In this document: one piece after another, positions 1-6,069 of the stretch | Layout: the number at the start of each line of letters is the position of its first letter | How positions within the stretch are numbered: position 1 is the first letter of the stretch | From: a virus | Reading direction: 5' to 3' (one strand) | DNA length: 37,950 bases | IMG/VR virus record: IMGVR_UViG_3300032004_000033 | Span: 1-37,950 of that record | Program-made: the position numbers and the translations under genes | Notes under the pieces: model-generated | Database searches by the model: none | The model's input: only the letters and a program-made list of their open reading frames with translations | What the model was told of the DNA's origin: nothing

Positions 1-127
1 GAGGATGGCGTCGTCGCCGTCGTTGGCTGTGGCGACAATTCGTCCAGCAGACGCTGGGTCAAGTTCGGCTCTCGCTTCTGCATGGTCCACGCTGGCGGCG
101 GGGCTGGCGGCTCGCACTGCTGGGCAG
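1..127. repeat. Left copy of the 127-bp terminal direct repeat (circular assembly overlap or terminal redundancy).
   Basis: gaggatggcgtcgtcgcc...ctgctgggcag is identical to 37824-37950. Confidence 0.95.
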
Positions 128-185
128 GCGGCCTTGACTGACAGGCGCTCAGCACCAGTGTTGATGCGAGCAAGACGACCAGCAT
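1..185 (-). CDS. Rz1: o-spanin (Rz1-like lipoprotein) embedded in the +1 frame of Rz. The last 2 codons and the stop lie at 37823-37817.
   Basis: ATG at 185. MLVVLLASTLVLSAC contains a lipobox (LSAC). The mature part is Pro-rich: QSRPPAQQCEPPAPPPAW... Total length 63 aa. Confidence 0.85.
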   Translation of the reverse strand, partial: MLVVLLASTLVLSACQSRPPAQQCEPPAPPPAWTMQKREPNLTQRLLDELSPQPTTATTPS

Positions 186-390
186 TGACTTGGTTTGCAC
201 GTTCGCGCTCCTGGGTGTGTTGGGTGTCCAGCTCCAGCAGCAGGCGCTGGGTGTTGCGTCGAGACTCGGCAGCGGCCTCCAGCTCGCTTACAAGCTTCGT
301 GGCTGTGTCCAGGCTGGTGGTGATATGGTCAAGGCGCCAGAACGCCAGGATCAGCGCCATAGCAAGGCCTGCGATCAGGTAGCGGGTCAT
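1..390 (-). CDS. Rz: i-spanin (Rz-like), first 130 codons. The frame continues across the circular junction to the stop at 37770.
   Basis: ATG at 390. N-terminal TMD MTRYLIAGLAMALILAFW, then a coiled-coil body ...RLSVKAACP...AELDP...NDGDDAILAL. The frame runs off position 1 and resumes at 37823. Total length 147 aa. Confidence 0.85.
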   Translation of the reverse strand, partial: MTRYLIAGLAMALILAFWRLDHITTSLDTATKLVSELEAAAESRRNTQRLLLELDTQHTQERERANQVNAGRLARINTGAERLSVKAACPAVRAASPAASVDHAEARAELDPASAGRIVATANDGDDAIL

Positions 391-402
391 GGCGCGCACC
401 GA

Positions 403-633
403 TCAGGAGAATGGATCGGCAGGTTTGGCGATGGAGCGCACAAACCACATGAAGCCCTGTTGCAAGTTGGTCTTGGCGAGCGCGAGCAGGCGCGGATCTA
501 CGCCTTCAATCTGGCCGATCTGCTTGAACAGCTCGCCGGCGTCGGCTTCCAGAGCCTTGATGGAGTTCATACCGTCAATCTCGGATTGGCTCAGGTCGCG
601 GTAGCCGGTGATTTTCTTGTGCTGGTTGTCCAT
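403..633 (-). CDS. 76-aa helical-hairpin protein inserted between endolysin and spanins. Possibly an Acb2-like cyclic-oligonucleotide sponge.
   Basis: ATG at 633 with GAGG about 9 nt upstream. Sequence MDNQHKKITGYRDLSQSEIDGMNSIKALEA...QQGFMWFVRSIAKP. There is no TMD. Tyr11 and Lys26 match what I recall as key Acb2 residues; this is from memory and not verified. Confidence 0.55.
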   Translation of the reverse strand: MDNQHKKITGYRDLSQSEIDGMNSIKALEADAGELFKQIGQIEGVDPRLLALAKTNLQQGFMWFVRSIAKPADPFS

Positions 634-658
634 GGGTATTGCCTCGTTGGTGGTGGGA

Positions 659-1168
659 TTACTGAGCAGCCATGCACTGGCTGTGTCGCTTGAGCTGTCG
701 AGCCCAGACCCCAGCACACCGCGTGTTGCCCGGCGTGGAGCAGTCATAGCCAGCGGCAAAGCGGTACTTGAGCAGGTCGGTGCAGGCCTGGGCGTAGTTG
801 CCGGCCAGCAGGCTCTTGCGTGGTGAGCCCTTGCGCCAGGTGCCCATGCCGTACTGGCCAACGAAGTCCATGTACAGATCGAACTCGTCTTGGTAGAGCT
901 TCACGCCCGGCAGGCTGGCGGCAAACTCTTTCTCGGCCTGGCTGTTGAGGTTGCGGGCCAGAACCTCGGCACGCTGGCGAGTGATGGTGTCGCCCATCTG
1001 AACAGGCCGGCCGTCCTCGTACCGTGTCGAGCCGTGGCCGATGGTGGGCACGTCGCCCTTGGTGGGGATGACAGCGCGGTCGGTGAACCCTTCGTTGGCC
1101 TGCCATGCGCCAAAGCCTGCCAGGCTGAGGGTGAGCAGGCCGACCGCGATGCGGTTGCGGTTGCTCAT
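659..1168 (-). CDS. SAR endolysin (T4/P22-type lysozyme family, GH24-like).
   Basis: ATG at 1168 overlaps the holin stop (ATGA). The N-terminal weakly hydrophobic Gly/Ala-rich segment IAVGLLTLSLAGFGAW is followed by NEGF...GDVPTIGHGST, a lysozyme signature. Confidence 0.85.
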   Translation of the reverse strand: MSNRNRIAVGLLTLSLAGFGAWQANEGFTDRAVIPTKGDVPTIGHGSTRYEDGRPVQMGDTITRQRAEVLARNLNSQAEKEFAASLPGVKLYQDEFDLYMDFVGQYGMGTWRKGSPRKSLLAGNYAQACTDLLKYRFAAGYDCSTPGNTRCAGVWARQLKRHSQCMAAQ

Positions 1169-1443
1169 GGCCGGCACTGATCGCGCAGGGCCTGGATGCG
1201 GGCGGCGCTCTCGGCGTGCTCACGGCGGTCACGGCGAATTTGGAAGTACGTGTTGACCAGGAAGCCAAGCACCGCGATGGCCACACCGACAATGCCCAGC
1301 CAGTTGGCTTGGGAGAGAAACCCCAAAAGGCCAGTACCTGCGCCCGCAAGCATGCCCTTGCTGGCAACAGATGCCCCCACAGCCTCAACGATTCCCTCAG
1401 GTGCAGGGTTCGACATGTTTGTACTCCTGTCTGGGGCTTTCAT
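1165..1443 (-). CDS. Holin, two TMDs (pinholin-like), with possible dual starts at Met1 and Met10.
   Basis: GGAGG lies 8 nt upstream of ATG 1443. TMDs are GMLAGAGTGLLGFL and WLGIVGVAIAVLGFLVNTYF, with a charged C-terminus RRDRREH. It is the first gene of the lysis cassette. Confidence 0.8.
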   Translation of the reverse strand: MKAPDRSTNMSNPAPEGIVEAVGASVASKGMLAGAGTGLLGFLSQANWLGIVGVAIAVLGFLVNTYFQIRRDRREHAESAARIQALRDQCRP

Positions 1444-1461
1444 GGTCTGGCCTCCAGGGTC

Positions 1462-1489
1462 AAAAAAAAGCCCCGCACTGTGGCGGGGC
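1462..1489 (-). terminator. Rho-independent terminator immediately upstream of the holin (tR'-like).
   Basis: Minus strand reads GCCCCGC-CACAGT-GCGGGGC followed by TTTTTTTT. Confidence 0.85.
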
Positions 1490-1520
1490 AGCGATGACGC
1501 AAGAGTCGTCGGGCTTGGGT

Positions 1521-1540
1521 GTCGGAATCCCGACTATTTC
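1521..1540 (-). promoter_or_regulatory. Late-strand element (LSE), copy E.
   Basis: Minus strand reads GAAATAGTCGGGATTCCGAC. A 5-bp stem GTCGG/CCGAC is preceded by AATA. The TAG inside it is the stop codon of ORF 1534-1797. Confidence 0.7.
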
Positions 1541-1797
1541 ACTGGCGTTCCGCCAGCAGTCACCCACAGATCGTGCAGCTCTTGGGTCATCTTGCTGATG
1601 TACTCGCCCTCGAAGCGCTCCACGTTGTACTTGCGCGCAGTGCACCACTCTTCGAACGACGGGCCTGTGCCAGACCGCAACAGCTTCTCGGCCTCGGCGG
1701 CGAGCTTTTCCGCCAGTACATGACTCCCACTATCCATGGCTCGGTTTGCTGCGTCGGATAGCTGAATGATTGCGTTTTGTTCGTCGTAAGTAAGCAT
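1534..1797 (-). CDS. Hypothetical 87-aa protein, the last gene before the late and lysis region.
   Basis: ATG at 1797 with GAGG 9 nt upstream. Sequence MLTYDEQNAIIQLSDAANRAMD... I recognise no family. Confidence 0.6.
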   Translation of the reverse strand: MLTYDEQNAIIQLSDAANRAMDSGSHVLAEKLAAEAEKLLRSGTGPSFEEWCTARKYNVERFEGEYISKMTQELHDLWVTAGGTPVK

Positions 1798-1807
1798 CGT
1801 GATTCCC

Positions 1808-2068
1808 TCATGCTTTCGAGTGATAAGCCCACCAGTCACCAACGGCGACCATGGGCAGCTTTGAACGGGCCTGGCCGGTGGCCTGGACCCAAAACAACAC
1901 AAGGCGCTCGCCCTCCGTGTAGCGAGGTTCAGCGCCCTGTTTCCAACCCAGCAACGTGCTGCGCGGGACTGCGATGGCATCGGCCACCGACTGCGGTGAG
2001 TAGCCGGCACGCGAAAGCACGGTTATCACCGTGAACCAATCCACGCGCTGTTCGGCCAGGGCGAGCAT
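1808..2068 (-). CDS. 86-aa putative HTH DNA-binding protein in the Q-equivalent position (candidate late regulator).
   Basis: ATG at 2068, directly after the stop of the upstream gene. The segment SPQSVADAIAVPRSTLLGWKQG looks like a helix-turn-helix. Confidence 0.5.
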   Translation of the reverse strand: MLALAEQRVDWFTVITVLSRAGYSPQSVADAIAVPRSTLLGWKQGAEPRYTEGERLVLFWVQATGQARSKLPMVAVGDWWAYHSKA

Positions 2069-2070
2069 GG

Positions 2071-2301
2071 TTAGGTCACTCGCAGGTATTTCGGCAGATC
2101 GACCACGATCACCTCGACGCCGTAGCAGGTGCAGCGCCGGACATCCTTCACGTAGGAGATGGTCACCGGCGTACAGCCGCGCATGCTTTGCAGCAGGTCG
2201 TACCATTCGCATTGGCCCAGGTAAATCACGACCCCGTCATGTGGAGCCTCAGTAGCGTTGAGCGACAAGGCATTCCTGATGCGGCTGAGGATGTCGCTCA
2301 T
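2071..2301 (-). CDS. Hypothetical 76-aa protein.
   Basis: ATGA start/stop overlap with the upstream ORF. Cys-rich: CEW...C..C.C. Confidence 0.55.
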   Translation of the reverse strand: MSDILSRIRNALSLNATEAPHDGVVIYLGQCEWYDLLQSMRGCTPVTISYVKDVRRCTCYGVEVIVVDLPKYLRVT

Positions 2302-2618
2302 GCTGCACCCCCAAACCGATACTGGATCAACTCCGCCAAGTCCTGGTCGGAGATCTCAAACGCGCACGCACGCGAGACAGAGCGAGGTGGCGCGTCCACC
2401 CTCCCCACCCTGCCCATGACTTCCGTCATTTCGGATATAACCGCCGCAAATTCCATAACTGGACTTGCAGCCTCGTCGAAGTGGAACGGATGCACGGCCC
2501 TCCTGAGCCCAAGCAGGCACTCCGGTTGCTCAGGCGACGACAGGTCGATATCGACGCCGATCATCACCCAACCGTCGTTCAGCTCGCGGCAGGCCCATTG
2601 CATGACTGGCTTGTTCAT
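2298..2618 (-). CDS. Hypothetical 106-aa protein.
   Basis: ATGA overlap with the rusA stop. Same strand and operon as its neighbours. Confidence 0.55.
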   Translation of the reverse strand: MNKPVMQWACRELNDGWVMIGVDIDLSSPEQPECLLGLRRAVHPFHFDEAASPVMEFAAVISEMTEVMGRVGRVDAPPRSVSRACAFEISDQDLAELIQYRFGGAA

Positions 2619-3058
2619 GAGTTTTTCCCCACCAGTGGAATGACGCGGACGGAGACGCCTGGCGTGTCGCTGAATCGCTTGCTCAGCGAGACGTTGACGA
2701 CCTGGACATCGTCCTTGAACACGATGCCGTTGATGCCGTCACAGATGGCCTTGAGCACGTTGTCCGCGTCGGGCTTCTTGGTGGGCATGACGTCACCCGC
2801 CAGGGCTTCGGCGGTTTTCTTCTTGGACCAGGACGCAGCCACGGCCACACGGATGGCGAGTTCCATCATCACCGGGCCGCCGATCAGCTCACGGCCTTGC
2901 ATGGCCTGCTGTGCTGCCATGGCGATCAGGGTTTCGTAGTTGGCGGTTTTCTTGGGCGTGAACATGCGTGCATGCCCACCGATGGTGGACACGCGCGGCC
3001 GGCCCTTGCCGATGGCTTCGCCTGGGACGATGAACGAAACGGGCTTGAATTCAGACAT
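2615..3058 (-). CDS. rusA: RusA-family Holliday junction resolvase.
   Basis: ATG at 3058 with GGAG upstream. FIVPGEAIGKGRPR...TPKKTANYE...KKPDADNVLKAICDGINGIVFKDD is the RusA signature. Confidence 0.85.
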   Translation of the reverse strand: MSEFKPVSFIVPGEAIGKGRPRVSTIGGHARMFTPKKTANYETLIAMAAQQAMQGRELIGGPVMMELAIRVAVAASWSKKKTAEALAGDVMPTKKPDADNVLKAICDGINGIVFKDDVQVVNVSLSKRFSDTPGVSVRVIPLVGKNS

Positions 3059-3770
3059 GGTCGTTTCTCCGAATGCCCATCTTGGCCAGCAGCAACGCGC
3101 GGCAGGCTTTCGGGTCTTTAGGGATTTCGAGGACATCGACGATGCGGTCAGCTTCCTGACGGCTGTGCTCGAGCTGGACCTGCTCACGCGGCCGCATGCT
3201 GTCGTTGCCAATGCCCTTGGCGATTCGCCCTTCCAGCGGCTGGCCGGTCTGTGCGCGGCGCATGACGATGGCGTAATTGCGTTCGAAGCGTTGGAACAGG
3301 GCTTTGTCACCGTGGGTGGCTGTTCTCAGGTCGAAGGTGCTGGTTGCTTCAGCGGCTACCCTGACGGCCTTGTGGCTGTACGAGCCGCGCAGTGCTTCAT
3401 CCCATGCCTGCTGGATGCTGGGCAGATCGTCGACACGTGCACACAGGTCGACAAAGTCGCTTGGCGCCGGTGGGAACTTGCATTCCGAAACCATGCGGTG
3501 AAGCCCGCGGTTGATTGCCTCGTCGCCAAAGTCCTTGAGCACGGTGTGCCAGACGCGACGGGCCATCTGTTCGGCCTTGGCATCGCCGTAGTGCTTCTCG
3601 TACCAGGCAGGGAACGCGGTTTTCAGCGTGGCGAACACCCGGCGCACAGCCTGGCGGGATTGGTTTTCAAGCGGTGTGACGTTCTCGATGACCGGCTCAC
3701 CAGTTGGGGTCTGTGAGGATGTCGTGAGCGTTACGCGGGCGGCTTTGAGCAATTCGTCTACCGGTTTCAT
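3051..3770 (-). CDS. Lambda P-like replication protein (helicase loader).
   Basis: ...RRVFATLKTAFPAWY...RRVWHTVLKDFGDEAINRGL...KFPPAPSDFVDLC resembles the lambda P N-terminal region. It sits immediately downstream of the O-like gene. Confidence 0.7.
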   Translation of the reverse strand: MKPVDELLKAARVTLTTSSQTPTGEPVIENVTPLENQSRQAVRRVFATLKTAFPAWYEKHYGDAKAEQMARRVWHTVLKDFGDEAINRGLHRMVSECKFPPAPSDFVDLCARVDDLPSIQQAWDEALRGSYSHKAVRVAAEATSTFDLRTATHGDKALFQRFERNYAIVMRRAQTGQPLEGRIAKGIGNDSMRPREQVQLEHSRQEADRIVDVLEIPKDPKACRALLLAKMGIRRNDHV

Positions 3771-4464
3771 TGGGTGTTCCCCCGTTGGCTTGCTGGGTGC
3801 GGGCTTGGCGTTTCAGTTGCTGGGCAAGCGAGTGCTCCCACTGGGCCTGTGTCTTCAGGTCATCGGGGCGGCTGATCCAGTACGAGCGGAATTCGAGAAG
3901 CTGATCGGCTTCGAAGGTTTGGCCTGCCATACCGTTGCGGTACAGGACGGCGGTGAACGTCTTGGGATCTGGCTCCCAGGCGTCGTGCAGCGAAAATTTC
4001 GTCTGCGCGGTATGTGTGTGTATATCTCTTATCTCTTCTCTTCTCTTCTCTTCTATATTCGTTGCGTTTTCGTTCAACGGAATTTCAACGGGCGTTGAAC
4101 GGGCGTTGCGCGATGCTTTAGCACGGGGCTTTGCGGCCTGCTTGCGAGCCTCGGCAGACGCCTTTCCTGCTGCAATTCGCTGTTCTTGGGTGTTTCGGAC
4201 AGCTTCCAAATCACGTTCAATTCGGTCGTGTACCCACTCGTTATCACGCTCGTTGAAGAATTCCCCCAACGACCGTTCAACGTCCGTCCAACGCTCGTTA
4301 GAAAGCCTTGTAATCCGGGCCAGTCGGGACACTGGAATAGGCTTGCCGGTCTGCCAGTAGTTGAAGATCAGCAACAGGTACGCACCGTGCTCTTCGGTGG
4401 TCAGGTGCATGGTGTCGGCCAGGTAATCGGCGACATAAAGCTGCATGTACGGGAGAGCGGCCAT
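3697..4464 (-). CDS. Replication initiator-like protein (DUF1376/YdaU-type N-terminus) containing an internal ori-like repeat region.
   Basis: ATG at 4464 with GGAGGAAG upstream. MAALPYMQLYVADYLADTMHLTTEEHGAYLLLIFNYW matches DUF1376. An iteron/AT-rich block lies inside the gene. Confidence 0.7.
   Translation of the reverse strand: MAALPYMQLYVADYLADTMHLTTEEHGAYLLLIFNYWQTGKPIPVSRLARITRLSNERWTDVERSLGEFFNERDNEWVHDRIERDLEAVRNTQEQRIAAGKASAEARKQAAKPRAKASRNARSTPVEIPLNENATNIEEKRREEIRDIHTHTAQTKFSLHDAWEPDPKTFTAVLYRNGMAGQTFEADQLLEFRSYWISRPDDLKTQAQWEHSLAQQLKRQARTQQANGGTPNETGRRIAQSRPRNAHDILTDPNW
4021..4115. repeat. Candidate origin of replication: alternating pyrimidine-purine and polypyrimidine tract followed by 11-bp-phased iterons.
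   Basis: tatgtgtgtgtatatctcttatctcttctcttctcttctcttctatattc, then CGTTCAACGG, TTTCAACGGGCG, TTGAACGGGCG. More CGTTSAA copies occur at 4214-4297. Confidence 0.5.
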
Positions 4465-4465
4465 A

Positions 4466-4771
4466 TCAGTCTTCCTCCAACTGATCGACGTGTTGCACAT
4501 GCTCCATCCAGCGCTTGGCCTGGTGGAAGATCGCCTCGATATCGCGCTGGTTGAAACAGCGCATTTCGTTGGGAACGATCTTCAGATCGAGCACGGCCAG
4601 GATCGCGGCGAACTGCTCGAACTTCTCAGGTTTCATGCGGCTGATCGTTGCCTCATCGACACCGACTGCAAGCGCTACAGGCCCGTTGCCGATCGATGCA
4701 AGCCGCTGCATGAGAACGGCGTAGTTCTTGCGGGCCCTTACGGTCTGCTCTTGGTTCAATGGGCTCGACAT
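4466..4771 (-). CDS. cII: CII-like transcriptional activator.
   Basis: AVGVDEATISRMKPEKFEQFAAILAVLDLKIV parallels lambda CII AVGVDKSQISRWKRDWIPKFSMLLAVLEWGVV. It lies directly after cro. Confidence 0.8.
   Translation of the reverse strand: MSSPLNQEQTVRARKNYAVLMQRLASIGNGPVALAVGVDEATISRMKPEKFEQFAAILAVLDLKIVPNEMRCFNQRDIEAIFHQAKRWMEHVQHVDQLEED
4728..4760 (+). promoter_or_regulatory. pRE-like CII-dependent promoter candidate, antisense to cII and cro and reading toward cI.
   Basis: TTGC-GGGCCC-TTAC, then 13 nt, then TTCAAT. This is the same geometry as lambda TTGC-N6-TTGC-N13-(-10), sited at the 5' end of cII. Confidence 0.4.
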
Positions 4772-4773
4772 GA

Positions 4774-5013
4774 TCAGGCCGCCTCTTCTCCGGAGTCGGG
4801 GAAGCGCTCCGGGTAAAGGATGTGGATCTCGGTAATTTCGCCGCCGAAAACCTTGCTCAGGCTTTCCGCAAGGGTTGCGGATGCACGCTGAACGCCCCGC
4901 TCAATGCGGGAGAGGTTTCCGGAATCGATGGCGTCACCGATCTGAACGAGACGTGCCGAGACATCGGCGAGCGTCCATTTCTTTTCGAGGCGAGCACGTT
5001 TTAGGGGAGTCAT
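4774..5013 (-). CDS. cro: Cro-like HTH (XRE family) repressor.
   Basis: WTLADVSARLVQIGDAIDSGNLSRIERG is an XRE-type HTH. The gene is divergent from cI across the operator region. Confidence 0.8.
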   Translation of the reverse strand: MTPLKRARLEKKWTLADVSARLVQIGDAIDSGNLSRIERGVQRASATLAESLSKVFGGEITEIHILYPERFPDSGEEAA

Positions 5014-5041
5014 GGCAAAGGCCCTGAGTTGATTTCGGGTG

Positions 5042-5120
5042 ATTCTGCGATTAACGCAGATTTAATGCAACCAAATTCTGCGCCTATCGCTTTGCGCATA
5101 ACGCAGCAAGACCGGAAAAT
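5042..5120. promoter_or_regulatory. OR-like operator cluster with divergent promoter candidates pR and pRM.
   Basis: Operators: TCTGCGATTAACGCAGA (5044-5060), TCTGCGCCTATCGCTTT (5077-5093), TTTGCGCATAACGCAGC (5091-5107). pR on the minus strand is TTGCAT-17-CAGAAT (5070-5042). pRM is TTGCGC (5092)-17-GAAAAT (5115-5120), which places the transcription start at the cI ATG (leaderless). Confidence 0.6.
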
Positions 5121-5126
5121 TGCCCA

Positions 5127-5780
5127 ATGGATATCGGACAAATCATCAGAACTGCGCGAAAAGCCAAAAAGCTTTCGCTCGAAGAACTCGCTAACCAGGT
5201 CGGCTCGGACACTGGCAACCTTTCACGCCTGGAGCGTGGGTTGCAGAGCACGACCCCGGAAAAGCTCAAACAGATCATGTCCATCCTGGACATCAAGTTG
5301 GCCCAGCAAAGCCCGGGGTCAGGGCATCAACAAGACGCTGGAATGTCGAACGTGCAGATGGCCCTGCAACCGAGTCGCGGGCTTAAGGAATACCCTTTGA
5401 TCAGCTGGGTAATCGCCGGGGAATGGGCGGAATCGTGCGATAACTTCATGCCGGGCGATGCGGAAGCCTGGATAACGTCAACCGAGAACGCCGGGGAAAA
5501 CGGCTTTTGGCTGGATGTTCGTGGCGACTCAATGACCTGCAACGGCAACCCCAGCTTCCCCGAGGGGTCGCGCATCCTGGTGCAGCCAGAAGCCGAGTTG
5601 ATCAGCGGCAAGTACTACGTCATCAAGCTGGACACCGGAGAGAGCACCTTTAAGCAGTACGTAGAGGACGCTGGCGTCAAATACCTGCGACCTTTGAACA
5701 ATGCTTACCGTACGATCCAGCTAGATGGTGACTTCAAGGTCATCGGCCGGGTGATTGACACGAAGATGACGGGGCTATAA
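5127..5780 (+). CDS. cI: CI-like repressor (XRE HTH plus LexA/S24 autopeptidase domain).
   Basis: N-terminal HTH LSLEELANQVGSDTGNLSRLERG. C-terminal VRGDSM...KYYVIKL...FKQY...VIGRVI carries the S24 Ser/Lys signature. Confidence 0.9.
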   Translation: MDIGQIIRTARKAKKLSLEELANQVGSDTGNLSRLERGLQSTTPEKLKQIMSILDIKLAQQSPGSGHQQDAGMSNVQMALQPSRGLKEYPLISWVIAGEWAESCDNFMPGDAEAWITSTENAGENGFWLDVRGDSMTCNGNPSFPEGSRILVQPEAELISGKYYVIKLDTGESTFKQYVEDAGVKYLRPLNNAYRTIQLDGDFKVIGRVIDTKMTGL

Positions 5781-6011
5781 ATGCGCACTCCCGAACAGAA
5801 AGCCATATGGAACCACGCTCAAACCCTCGCATTGGTTGGGTTCTTCATTATTGGCGCGATCCTGATGGGGTCGTTCGTGCTGGCCGGTCATATCAACAAC
5901 CATTCCCTCAGGGCCGTCGTTGAGGGCGTGCTGTACGTGCCTGCCTTCCTCGCCGTCTTCACTATTCAGCCAATGACGCACCACTTCTATACCCGCCTAA
6001 ACCGCCGGTAA
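5781..6011 (+). CDS. 76-aa two-TMD membrane protein co-transcribed with cI (candidate superinfection-exclusion or abortive-infection factor).
   Basis: TAAATG junction with cI. TMDs are LALVGFFIIGAILMGSFVLAG and VLYVPAFLAVFTI. A terminator follows. Confidence 0.65.
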   Translation: MRTPEQKAIWNHAQTLALVGFFIIGAILMGSFVLAGHINNHSLRAVVEGVLYVPAFLAVFTIQPMTHHFYTRLNRR

Positions 6012-6029
6012 CCCCCTCTTCCAAATCCA

Positions 6030-6052
6030 ACCCGCCCTGTGCGGGTTTTTTT
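6030..6052 (+). terminator. Rho-independent terminator ending the cI operon.
   Basis: ACCCGC-CCTGT-GCGGGT followed by TTTTTTT. Confidence 0.85.
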
Positions 6053-6069
6053 GTGCCTGATTTTTGAAA

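Noticed and set aside
5-382. 125-aa plus-strand ORF at the window start.
   Set aside because: It is antisense to the Rz/Rz1 spanin pair, which has clear TMD and lipobox features.
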